Positions 8,018 to 22,815 of a stretch of DNA of 64,000 nt are shown in pieces. This DNA comes from Deltaproteobacteria bacterium (lineage in GTDB: Bacteria > Myxococcota_A > Polyangia > Polyangiales > Houyiibacteriaceae), in NCBI GenBank assembly GCA_034670305.1, contig JAXMNT010000020.1, positions 1 to 64,000 on the forward strand, in the 5' to 3' direction. The translations under genes were made by a program, and so were the position numbers. The notes beneath the pieces are model-generated. The model worked only from the letters and a program-made list of their open reading frames with translations. It was not told the origin of the DNA and did not search any database. Every line of letters begins with the position of its first letter. Within the stretch, counting starts at the first letter, position 1.

Positions 8018-10804
8018 TCAGTCGACCAGCCGGAGACCCGGTGGGAGCGAATCGCCGAAGATCCGCTTCTCATCGGCCCGATCGAGGTGGGCCACCTCCC
8101 GCACCATGGTCACCCAGCTCTCTGGGTGTCCGGCCAGGATCAACCGATCCGCCACCTGTTCGCCGAGCGAAGCCTCCACATCGCGCTCTCGATCGCCCGA
8201 GCGGCGGGCCAGCATCGTCGCTGCAAACGCGGCTTCCGCACACTCGCGCCAATCGAACGTCAGAGCGAGGGCCAGCCATTGCGAAGCCACATGGCGCGGG
8301 ACCACTTTGTGGGCGCTGCCGTAGAACGGAACTCGGGCGCCGAGCCGACCAAGTGCCCACCAGGTCTGGACGTTCTCATCGTCTCCGTCGAGGCGCTGAG
8401 CCAGCCAGCCGCCAACCTTCGCCTTCTCGTCTGCGGGCACCCGTTCGAGCGCGCCGGCGAGACGGACCATGTCGTCGTACGCGAGCGCTTTCGGGCCAGG
8501 GGGCCGTTTGCGTGGTTTGCGGGTGGGCGGATGGAGGTACCACGCGATCTGGTCCCAGATGCGCCGCTGACGTTTTTCGTCGAGGCCGCCGGCGATGCGC
8601 CGCCACATGGTCCAGTACTCGGACCAGTTCTGGGACTCAGGCAAGAACTGAACCCCACCCTTGAGGACCCCATCGGCGATCTGGGTCACACGCCACTCAT
8701 CGAGCGGGTACCCGAACCCCGGTCGCAGGGTGTACCCAACGAGGTGGAACCAGACGCGCTCGTGATCGGTGGAACGGCGCCGCCGCTTCATGCCGCTGTG
8801 AAGCGCGCCGAAGAGCTCGCGCAGGAGCGGCGTGTCCCAGCCCTCCCGCGGCCCGAGGATCTTCTCGAGGTTGGCGCGCAGCCGTTTGATTTCCTTGGGC
8901 GCCACCTCGTCCTTGCTCTTGCCGAACACGAGGCGCACCCGCTCGGTCGCATCCGCGAACCGAGGATGGAGCTGTGTGACCTTCTGCGCCGCGACGTCGC
9001 GCGCGGCCGCACCACGCAACTGAAGCTCGAGTTTCCACCGACGCGAGGGCTCCTCCGCATGGAGGCAACTCATCTCGATCGTGCCGACTTCCGTGAGCGC
9101 GCTGACCAAAGTGACGGGCACTTCGTCCGCGTCGGTCTCGCCCGCCAGCACCGCGGCGATCGGCGGCAGGTCGCGGTAGCGTTCGGGGTCGTCGATGGCG
9201 ACCACCTGACCGGCGCTCACGTGTTCGACGTCCGAGGTCGTGGCCGCCAGGTGGAACCGAACCGGCCGGCCGAGGCGAAGCGAGAACGTTCGATCCCGGA
9301 GCGGGATCTCCTCCCCTTCCTCGGAACCCTTCGGCAGGATGCAGACCCCGTCCTGGGCGCCCTCCTTGCCTCGGTCCACCAGCAAGAAGTAGCTGCGGGC
9401 CGACCCACCACCGATGCGCAAGCCGACGCCTCGGCGGGCGAGCCCGTACGCGACCGCGCCATGGGCGACGGCCAAATCCGGCGTCTCGTTCTCGAGCAGC
9501 CGCGGCGCGTCGCCCCGCCACCCGCCGAGGACCGAACGCACCCGCTCCCGCAGAAGCGCACTGCGAAAGACGCCGCCGTTGAAGATCACCGCGTCCGGAA
9601 TGCTGTGGCTCGACGGGCTGGCCCCGGCGCCGCGGAGGTCTTCCGTTTCGAATGCTGTGCGCGCCAGGTCTCGGTGGCGCGAGAGAAACTCCGCGATGTG
9701 CCGGGTCACCCCCGCATCGGCCACGAAGGGCAGACCGAACTCGACGATGCCGGCGCGCCGACGTTGCGGTCCTTCATCGACCCCGACCTCTGGGAAGAAC
9801 CCATCGAGCACCGTCTGGTGCACGTGGGCGCGCTGTACCGCGATGCTCTGCGCGCCGCCGACGAGTTTTCGGCCCGACCCGAGCACCGTGACGTTCACCG
9901 ACTCGGGTGCGTCCTCGTCGAGCAGGCGCTCTTTCGCCACCCGGCACTGCTGGACCAACTGCGTGAAACGCGCGGGCCCGAGCGTCTTGCCCACCTCGGC
10001 CTCGGCCAGCTTCGCGAGCATGAGATCCATGTTGTCGCCGCCGAGCATCAAGTGGTCGCCGACCGCGAGGCGGGTGATGCGGGGTCCGGTGTCGCGCAGC
10101 TCCACTCGGATCAAGGTGAGGTCGGTGGTGCCTCCGCCCACGTCCACGACGAGTGCGAGCCGCACCGAACCGAGCGCGTCCTCCAGCTCGTCTCGGTGCT
10201 GATCGAGCCAGCGGTAGAACGCCGCCTGCGGCTCTTCGACGAGCCGCACCCGCAGCCCCGCGCGTTTGGCGGCGTCGAGGGTCAGCGCGCGCGCCGCTTC
10301 GTCGAAAGACGCCGGCACCGTGAGCACGACTTCTTGTTCGTGCATCGGCTGCTTCGGAAAACGCCGGTCCCAGTCGGCCCGCAGATGCCGGAGAAAACTC
10401 GCCGAGGCTTCGACCGGCGAGACCTTCGGCACGTCGCTCTCTTCGCTCGCGCCCCACGGCAAGATGTCGGCGGTCCGGTCCACCGCCGAGTGGCTCAGCC
10501 AGCTCTTGGCACTCGTGACCAGACGCCCCGGCACCTTGCTGCCGAGCGAGAGCGCGAACGCTCCGACCACGGCCGACTCCTCGCTCGCCCAAGGCAACGC
10601 GAGGTCTCCCGCGGGCAGTTCGCCCTCCGCCGGATGGTAACGGGCCGATGGGAGCACCGGACGCGCCACCACTTCGCCGCGCGCCACGAGTTGCTCGATC
10701 GCGAAGGGCTGGATGACGGGTTGTGGCTGCGTCGTGTCGGCGTACGCGACGACGGTGTGCGTCGTGCCGAGGTCGATGCCGATGACGTACTTGGAGCCGG
10801 CCAT
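8018..10804 (-). CDS. Hsp70-family protein with long non-canonical C-terminal domain (DUF3731-like)
   Basis: GIDLGTT, VLTVPASF, EEPQAA, VDVGGGTTD, LGGDNMD; C-terminus with GYTLRPGFG and WALGRLGAR. Confidence 0.88.
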   Translation of the reverse strand: MAGSKYVIGIDLGTTHTVVAYADTTQPQPVIQPFAIEQLVARGEVVARPVLPSARYHPAEGELPAGDLALPWASEESAVVGAFALSLGSKVPGRLVTSAKSWLSHSAVDRTADILPWGASEESDVPKVSPVEASASFLRHLRADWDRRFPKQPMHEQEVVLTVPASFDEAARALTLDAAKRAGLRVRLVEEPQAAFYRWLDQHRDELEDALGSVRLALVVDVGGGTTDLTLIRVELRDTGPRITRLAVGDHLMLGGDNMDLMLAKLAEAEVGKTLGPARFTQLVQQCRVAKERLLDEDAPESVNVTVLGSGRKLVGGAQSIAVQRAHVHQTVLDGFFPEVGVDEGPQRRRAGIVEFGLPFVADAGVTRHIAEFLSRHRDLARTAFETEDLRGAGASPSSHSIPDAVIFNGGVFRSALLRERVRSVLGGWRGDAPRLLENETPDLAVAHGAVAYGLARRGVGLRIGGGSARSYFLLVDRGKEGAQDGVCILPKGSEEGEEIPLRDRTFSLRLGRPVRFHLAATTSDVEHVSAGQVVAIDDPERYRDLPPIAAVLAGETDADEVPVTLVSALTEVGTIEMSCLHAEEPSRRWKLELQLRGAAARDVAAQKVTQLHPRFADATERVRLVFGKSKDEVAPKEIKRLRANLEKILGPREGWDTPLLRELFGALHSGMKRRRRSTDHERVWFHLVGYTLRPGFGYPLDEWRVTQIADGVLKGGVQFLPESQNWSEYWTMWRRIAGGLDEKRQRRIWDQIAWYLHPPTRKPRKRPPGPKALAYDDMVRLAGALERVPADEKAKVGGWLAQRLDGDDENVQTWWALGRLGARVPFYGSAHKVVPRHVASQWLALALTFDWRECAEAAFAATMLARRSGDRERDVEASLGEQVADRLILAGHPESWVTMVREVAHLDRADEKRIFGDSLPPGLRLVD

Positions 10805-10863
10805 GGAGACAGAGGTAGAGCGCATCTGACCGGGCCGCGCCAGTCAACCGCCGGTGCAGGAAC

Positions 10864-11646
10864 TCAGGCTTGGGGGCGCCAGGTCACTTCGGGCGGCGGG
10901 TTGGACGGCCGGCCGAGCAAGTAGCCCTGTCCGTACCGAACGCCGCAATCGATCACCGCCTGCAGTTCGTCTTGGGTCTCGATGCCCTCTGCCACGACGT
11001 CGGCACCAAGGTCCTGACAGAGCCGGTTGATGTTCGCGACGAGGATGCGTTGACGTGCGTTCTTGTCGAGTTCGCGGACAAGGGTCCGGTCGAGCTTCAC
11101 CACGCCGGGCTTGAGTTCGATGATGCGGGTCAGGTTCGAGTACCCCGCGCCGAAGTCGTCGACGACCACGACCGCACCGGTGCGGCTGCAGACTTCCGCG
11201 AGCACCCCTTTGCAGAGATCGAAATACTCGAGCGCTGCCGCCTCGGTGATCTCCAGGTAGAGCGGCCCGGAGTACAGGTAGATGGGGTCGTCGGGCCGCA
11301 CGAGCCAGCGGCTCGACAGTTCGGCCGGGTGCAGGTTGATGAAGACGCGGCGGGACTCGCCAAACGGCAGCGCCGCCTCGCGCACGAGCCGCCCCAAGTG
11401 ACCGGTGGCCTGTTCCGCAACGGCGGCCGCGAACAGGTAGTCGGGCCGCTCGAACCCAGGACGGGTGCACCGGCAGAGCGCCTCCTGCGCGAATACTTTG
11501 CCGGTCCAGAGATCGGCGATGGGCTGAAAGTGCACGCCCACTTCTTGCTGGGTCAGTGAGCGGGTGGACTTCCGCAACTCATCTGCGTGGATCCCGCCGA
11601 CATCGCCGTAGGTCCATCGCATTCGGCGCCCATCTTCATCAGCCAC
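10864..11646 (-). CDS. stand-alone EAL-domain c-di-GMP phosphodiesterase
   Basis: FQPI, QEALCR, LEITE, DDFGAGYSNL, VKLDR, AEGIET, QGYLL; start codon uncertain. Confidence 0.9.
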   Translation of the reverse strand: MADEDGRRMRWTYGDVGGIHADELRKSTRSLTQQEVGVHFQPIADLWTGKVFAQEALCRCTRPGFERPDYLFAAAVAEQATGHLGRLVREAALPFGESRRVFINLHPAELSSRWLVRPDDPIYLYSGPLYLEITEAAALEYFDLCKGVLAEVCSRTGAVVVVDDFGAGYSNLTRIIELKPGVVKLDRTLVRELDKNARQRILVANINRLCQDLGADVVAEGIETQDELQAVIDCGVRYGQGYLLGRPSNPPPEVTWRPQA

Positions 11647-11730
11647 TGAGCCCGCACTCTAGTCCCGCAAACAACCTCCCGACACCCCCATTCGGGGAAT
11701 GCCAGGGGATCCCCCGCGTTCGCACCGATT

Positions 11731-11788
11731 GCACGGCCCCCGACCCCGTCCCGGTGAAGCCCTGGCGGCCCCTCCCCGCGTCGAATAT
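11731..11788 (-). repeat. Degenerate, internally altered copy of the ~75-bp element
   Basis: gcacggcccccgaccccgtcccggtga…ccgcgtcgaatat keeps part of the hairpin region and the ATAT-bounded end. Confidence 0.7.
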
Positions 11789-11800
11789 TTCTTCCCGGCC

Positions 11801-11926
11801 TGCGGCTCTGCGGCTCCCTTGCCAGCGCCAAAGGCGCGATGCCCTTGCCCCTGCCCTTGCCCTTGGTGCGGTCCTGCAGCTCTGCGGTTCTGCAGCTCTG
11901 CGGTCCTGCAGCTCCCTTGCCAGCGC
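11801..11926. repeat. Composite simple-repeat block: 16-bp direct repeat enclosing GCCCTT and 8-mer tracts
   Basis: gctcccttgccagcgc at 11813-11828 and 11911-11926; gcccttgcccctgcccttgcccttg; ctgcagct/ctgcggt 8-mers. Confidence 0.8.
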
Positions 11927-11952
11927 GCCTTTCTGGGAAACGCTCTGGGCCC

Positions 11953-12021
11953 CGGCGAAGCCGAGCGAAGCGAGCAAGCCGTGTCACGGACGGGGTTTGG
12001 GGGCCGTGCCCCCAGCAATAT
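11953..12021 (+). repeat. Near-perfect copy of the ~75-bp element ending in ATAT at the stop codon of the adjacent gene
   Basis: cggcgaagccgagcgaagcgagcaagccgtgtcacggacggggtttgggggccgtgcccccagcaatat. Confidence 0.92.
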
Positions 12022-12548
12022 CAGAGCAGTTCGACGCCCGTGGCGGTGATCTGGAGCCGTTGGCCGATGGCCTGGGCGCCTTCCGACGCGAGGTGCGCGG
12101 CTTCGCCCGGCGGCAGGGTGCGCAGCGCCACGTGGCCCTCGACCCGCGCGCGGCGGCCCGACACGTCTTTGGGCAGGAAGAACGCGTGGCCGGCCATCGG
12201 AACCCGCACCGCCGGACCGTCGCCGTCCTTCATCTCCATCCAGCAGCCCATGCGCTGGCAGACCGCGGTGATCTCCCCTTCGGTCGAGACCACCTGGCCG
12301 TCGAACTGTTCGGGGGCTGCGGTGATGTCGCTCAACGCGACCCGTTCCCGCTCGCTGATCGGCTGGCCGAACTGGCTCGGCACGTCGGAGGGCGCGGTCG
12401 CCGTCTCTTCCGGCTCGACGCTCGGCTCGACGCTCGGTTCCACCGGCTCGGTGGCCTCAGACGCAGTGTCGACAGACGGACTGGCGCACCCGAAGAAGAG
12501 TCCCAACACGCAGGCGCAGATCAGAGTCGGCATCGTTCGCATCTCCAC
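12021..12548 (-). CDS. DUF4920-like lipoprotein
   Basis: Lipoprotein-like signal (FFGC); EGEITAVCQRMGCWMEM motif; ends ATGVELL; start may be slightly downstream. Confidence 0.75.
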   Translation of the reverse strand: MEMRTMPTLICACVLGLFFGCASPSVDTASEATEPVEPSVEPSVEPEETATAPSDVPSQFGQPISERERVALSDITAAPEQFDGQVVSTEGEITAVCQRMGCWMEMKDGDGPAVRVPMAGHAFFLPKDVSGRRARVEGHVALRTLPPGEAAHLASEGAQAIGQRLQITATGVELL

Positions 12549-12629
12549 CGCGTACCCGAGCGCCGGCGACCGTGCAAGAGCGCGCCGCCTGCTCCAAGAG
12601 CCAGAGCACCAGCAGCGGCTTCAGAAGGC

Positions 12630-13016
12630 TCAGCCGCGCTCGCCGCACTCCGAACCCACGTCGGCGGTGACCTCCGCCCGCAGCGAACGGTGGTGATCCA
12701 GCCAGGGGTCGATGATGTCGTCCGGCACCATGTGGGCGACCAAGGTCTGGCGGAGGATCTCGAGTCTGCGCTCGAAGTGTCCCCCCAAGATGGTGTGTTT
12801 GCCGTGGGCCGCGCGGATCGGGCGGCCGCTGTAGACGATGGGCGCACCGAGGTGCTCGGCCGCGTGTTCGAACTCGAACTTCTTGACGCGCTCGCGGCTG
12901 ACCCCGTGAAAATGAAACCCGATCATCAAGTCGTCGAAACAGCCGTCGACAAAGGTCTCGATGATCGCGCGCAGCGCGTGTTCGCCCCCGAGCCGCTCGA
13001 ATGCCGAATCGGGCAT
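12630..13016 (-). CDS. truncated hemoglobin (group I-like)
   Basis: FERLGGEHAL…IGFHF…LGAPIVYSGRPIRAAH…HFE; ATG overlaps the TPR gene stop (TGATG). Confidence 0.85.
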   Translation of the reverse strand: MPDSAFERLGGEHALRAIIETFVDGCFDDLMIGFHFHGVSRERVKKFEFEHAAEHLGAPIVYSGRPIRAAHGKHTILGGHFERRLEILRQTLVAHMVPDDIIDPWLDHHRSLRAEVTADVGSECGERG

Positions 13017-15523
13017 CACGCCACCGCGGTTCCGGACGACAACGTCGCCTGGATGCGGGTGCGGATGGCCTCGAAGGCTGGGCTCGCGCCGAAGGCGAGC
13101 ACTTGCTCCTCGAGCCGATGCAGGAGCGTCGTCAGTTCGCTCCGCGAGGCCTTGTCGCCGACCTGGTCGAAGATCGCGCAGGCGTCGAGCTCCCGCTCCA
13201 TCGCCACCAGGTAGAAGAGGAGTTCCAGTTTGCGCGACACTGTGTCGGCGTGTTTCTCGCTGGCCGCGCGGGCCAGTTCGACCGCAGCGCGAATGTCCGA
13301 ACGCCGGGCGACCCCGTCGGCGCGCGCATGATGAACCGCGGCGCGTGCGTGGTAGATCGCAGGACTCTCGGGCAACGTGGCGACCGCGACATCCGCGGCC
13401 TCCAGCGCTTCGTCGAGGCGTCCCGCGCGCCTCAGCACCTCCACCCGGCGGTAGAGCACTTCGGGATCGTCGGCGCGCTCGAGCATCAACGCGTCGAGGT
13501 CGCGGAGCGCGTCGTCCCAGCGCTCCATGTCGATGTAGGTCTCGGCCCGGCGCAGCGTCGCCCACGGGTCGCCCGGTGCGATTTCGAGCGCCTGATGGAG
13601 ATCCGCGAGCGCCTCCATCGTGCGGCCGAGCTGCCGCCGGGTGTCTCCGCGCCGCGCGAGCAACCACGCATCGTTGGTCGACCGCTGCACCGCATCGTCG
13701 AACCGAGCGAGCGCATCGTCGAGCGCCCCCGCCTGCCGAAGCGCATCGGCGAGACCCGAGAGCGCGGCCTGCAGATCGTCGTCCAGCTGCAGCGCCTTCT
13801 CGTAGTCCGCGATGGCGTCTCCGTAGAGACCCGCAAACCGTCGCGCGTCCCCGCGTCCCACGAACCCGAGCGGTTCGCTCGGATCGAGCGCGATGGCTTG
13901 GGTGTGGCTTCCGATCGCTTCTTCGAACCGCCCGAGCGCCGCAAGACACTCGCCCCGCCGGGTGAGTGCAACCGAGTTGGGGTCGCCGTTCGCGAGTGCC
14001 TTGTCGAGGGCGGCGAGCGCCTCAGTGTGCCGGCCGAGCAGACGCAGCACGTTCGCACGACCGAAGACGGTCTCCTGCCGGTCCGGCTCGTGCCAGAGCG
14101 CCTTGTCGTAGTCGTCGAGCGCCTTCTGGAGTTCGTCGAGCGCGACGTAGCTCTGCGCGCGCATGCGCAAGAGGCGCGGCGACTTCGGCTTGCGCTCGAG
14201 CAGCCAGCTCAGGTCGACGAGCGCCGAGTCGTGACGGTCGAGTTTCTGTCCGCAGCGGGCGCGCCCTTCGCGGGCCCACGGATAGTCCGGCTGGATCTCG
14301 AGCGCCGCGTCGAAGTCTTGAATCGCTTCTTCGTCGCGCCCGAGCATGTGGTAGGTCTCGCCGCGACTCGCGAGCGCCCACGAGTAGCGCGGCTTCATCT
14401 CGATCGCCCGATCGAACCCGGCCAGCGCTTCCTGAAACCGCTCCATCAATCGAAGCGTGTCGGCGCGGTGGGCCACGGCCCAGCCATCGTTCGGCTCGCG
14501 CTCGAGGAGCCGCTCGAAATCGCGCAGCGCTTGTTCGTAGCGGCGCATCTCGACGTAGGTCTCGGCGCGCCGCCCGATCGCAAACGGGTTGGTCGAGTCG
14601 AGCGCGATGCTCCGGTCGAGGTCCGCGAGCGCCTGTTTGTAGCGACCGAGATCGAAGAGCACCATGCCGCGGTTCGCGAGCGCCCAGGCGTACTTCGGGT
14701 CGAGGTGGATCGCTTGAGCCAGGTCCGCCCACGCTTCGGCGAGCCGGCCGTTCGAGCGGTTGGCTGCGCCGCGGCTGGCCCACGCCCACGCGTTCTTGGG
14801 ATCGAGCGCGAGCGCGAAACTCAGGTCTTTGATCGCGAGGTCGTGGTTGCCGATGAGGCGGTGGACCTCGCCGCGCTGCGCCAGCGCCCAGGGGTAGTCC
14901 GGCTGCAGTTCGATCGCGCGGTCGAAGTCGCGGATCGCGCCCTCCCGGTCGTCGAGGAGCGACTTGCTCTTGCCGCGGGATGCGAGCACCCACGAGAGGT
15001 CCGGTTCCATCTCGAGTGCGCGGTTGAAGTCCTCCAGCGCCTTCGGGTGGTCGCCTTTGAGCCGCTGGGCTTCGCCGCGGGTCGCGTACACGGACGCGCG
15101 CGGGCTCGTCTCCGCTTCGAGCGCGCGGGTCAGGTCGGCGATGGCGGCGTCGTAGCGGCCTTCGTCGAGCTGCACTTCGCCGCGGCGGAAGAGCGCCCAG
15201 GCATAGGGCTCCTTGGAGAGGTCGATCGCCGCAGTCAGGTCGACGAGGCCGAGCGCTCGGTCGCCCACCCGCGAGTGGGCATCGCCCCGGCTCGCCAGCG
15301 CGAAGGCGTAGTTCGGATCCTGGGCAATCGCCTGGTCGAGCAGATCGATCGCTTCCTTGTATCGGCCGAGCCGCCGAAGCACTTCGCCCTTCTGGCCGAG
15401 CGCATCGACCAGCTTCGGCTGCTTCTCGAGCACGACGTTGAGGTCTGCGAGCGCCTGCTCGTTGCGCCCGTGCCGCATGTGCTCCTTCGCGCGCTGAAGC
15501 AGATCTTCGACCGATTCGCTCAC
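13016..15523 (-). CDS. tetratricopeptide repeat protein (~20 TPRs)
   Basis: 34-aa repeats of type WALASRG…AI.DFDRAIEL.P; GTG overlaps the bestrophin stop. Confidence 0.92.
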   Translation of the reverse strand: MSESVEDLLQRAKEHMRHGRNEQALADLNVVLEKQPKLVDALGQKGEVLRRLGRYKEAIDLLDQAIAQDPNYAFALASRGDAHSRVGDRALGLVDLTAAIDLSKEPYAWALFRRGEVQLDEGRYDAAIADLTRALEAETSPRASVYATRGEAQRLKGDHPKALEDFNRALEMEPDLSWVLASRGKSKSLLDDREGAIRDFDRAIELQPDYPWALAQRGEVHRLIGNHDLAIKDLSFALALDPKNAWAWASRGAANRSNGRLAEAWADLAQAIHLDPKYAWALANRGMVLFDLGRYKQALADLDRSIALDSTNPFAIGRRAETYVEMRRYEQALRDFERLLEREPNDGWAVAHRADTLRLMERFQEALAGFDRAIEMKPRYSWALASRGETYHMLGRDEEAIQDFDAALEIQPDYPWAREGRARCGQKLDRHDSALVDLSWLLERKPKSPRLLRMRAQSYVALDELQKALDDYDKALWHEPDRQETVFGRANVLRLLGRHTEALAALDKALANGDPNSVALTRRGECLAALGRFEEAIGSHTQAIALDPSEPLGFVGRGDARRFAGLYGDAIADYEKALQLDDDLQAALSGLADALRQAGALDDALARFDDAVQRSTNDAWLLARRGDTRRQLGRTMEALADLHQALEIAPGDPWATLRRAETYIDMERWDDALRDLDALMLERADDPEVLYRRVEVLRRAGRLDEALEAADVAVATLPESPAIYHARAAVHHARADGVARRSDIRAAVELARAASEKHADTVSRKLELLFYLVAMERELDACAIFDQVGDKASRSELTTLLHRLEEQVLAFGASPAFEAIRTRIQATLSSGTAVA

Positions 15524-16500
15524 CGGAGCACACCGTCCTTGGGCTCGAGGAACGGGGGCAACTCTTCTTCGCCGAGACGCTCGAGCAGGTTCACCTCGAT
15601 CATCCGGGTGATCGTCGCGAGCGGGAGGTCGTTGATGTCTTCACCGAACGGATCCTCGATCTCGTCCCCGACCGCGTCCAGTCCGAAGAACGCGTAGGAG
15701 ATCAGAAGACAGACGATCGGCGTGTACTGCCCGAGGCCTTCGATCGACACCAGGCCGAGCGGCAGTGCGAAGCAGTACACGAACACGATCCGGTGCAAGA
15801 GGATGTTGTAGCTGTACGGGATCGGCGTCGCCTTGATGCGCTCGCAGCCGCCCTGCACGCCCGCGAGTTCGGTGAGCGTCGCTTCCAGGGTCGGCAGGTG
15901 AAACTCGCTGATGAGTCCGCGGTCCCACGCCACGCGCAGCTCGGCGCCGATCCGCTGAAGGATCGCGATGGGGCGGTTGCTCTCCCCCACGAGGTCCGCG
16001 AGCTCCTCGTCCTCCAAGTACGCCTTCAGATCGTCCAACGAACGGTCGCTCCGAAGGTGCAGCCGCAGGGCATGCACGTAGGCGATGGCCCGCCGCACCA
16101 CCCGGTGGTGCAGCGCGCGCACTTCGGGGTCGACGGTTCCGTCGTCGATGGCACAGGTCCGGTACGCGACGCTGGATCCCGCCGGACCGACCAACGTCAG
16201 CACCTGCCGGGTCAAGGTCCGGCTCGCGTTCACGACCCGGCCCCAGAGCTTGCGGCCCTCCCAGAAGCGGTCGTAGCTGGTGTTGTTCCGGAAGCCGAGG
16301 AAGATGCCGAGCGCGAGCCCGATGAGCGAGAAGGGCGTGACGGTGAGGTTCGTGTGCAAGAGCCCGTAGGTGTCGTGCAGATAGGTCACCAGCGTGGCGA
16401 AGACCGTCACCAAAAGAAGACGCCCCCACGTCCGGGTGAGGGAACTGCCTCGGACCGTGAACACCGTACGGAGCCACGACGCATCGTTTCGAACCATCAT
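15520..16500 (-). CDS. bestrophin-family ion channel (YneE-like)
   Basis: FLGFRNNTSYDRFWEGRKLWG, CERIKATPIP, IEDPFG, NDLPL. Confidence 0.93.
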   Translation of the reverse strand: MMVRNDASWLRTVFTVRGSSLTRTWGRLLLVTVFATLVTYLHDTYGLLHTNLTVTPFSLIGLALGIFLGFRNNTSYDRFWEGRKLWGRVVNASRTLTRQVLTLVGPAGSSVAYRTCAIDDGTVDPEVRALHHRVVRRAIAYVHALRLHLRSDRSLDDLKAYLEDEELADLVGESNRPIAILQRIGAELRVAWDRGLISEFHLPTLEATLTELAGVQGGCERIKATPIPYSYNILLHRIVFVYCFALPLGLVSIEGLGQYTPIVCLLISYAFFGLDAVGDEIEDPFGEDINDLPLATITRMIEVNLLERLGEEELPPFLEPKDGVLR

Positions 16501-16641
16501 CGCGCGAGATCCTTGCGCGAAGCGCCCGCCCCCACAACCACTTCTTTGGGTCGGCGCCCCCGCGCACCCACCCCAGCTCGGGCACGCGAGCCACCCAAAC
16601 GGGCAGTATCAATCTTGGGCATCGGCCGGTAACATCGTTCG

Positions 16642-22811
<6,170 letters not shown>

Positions 22812-22815
<4 letters not shown>

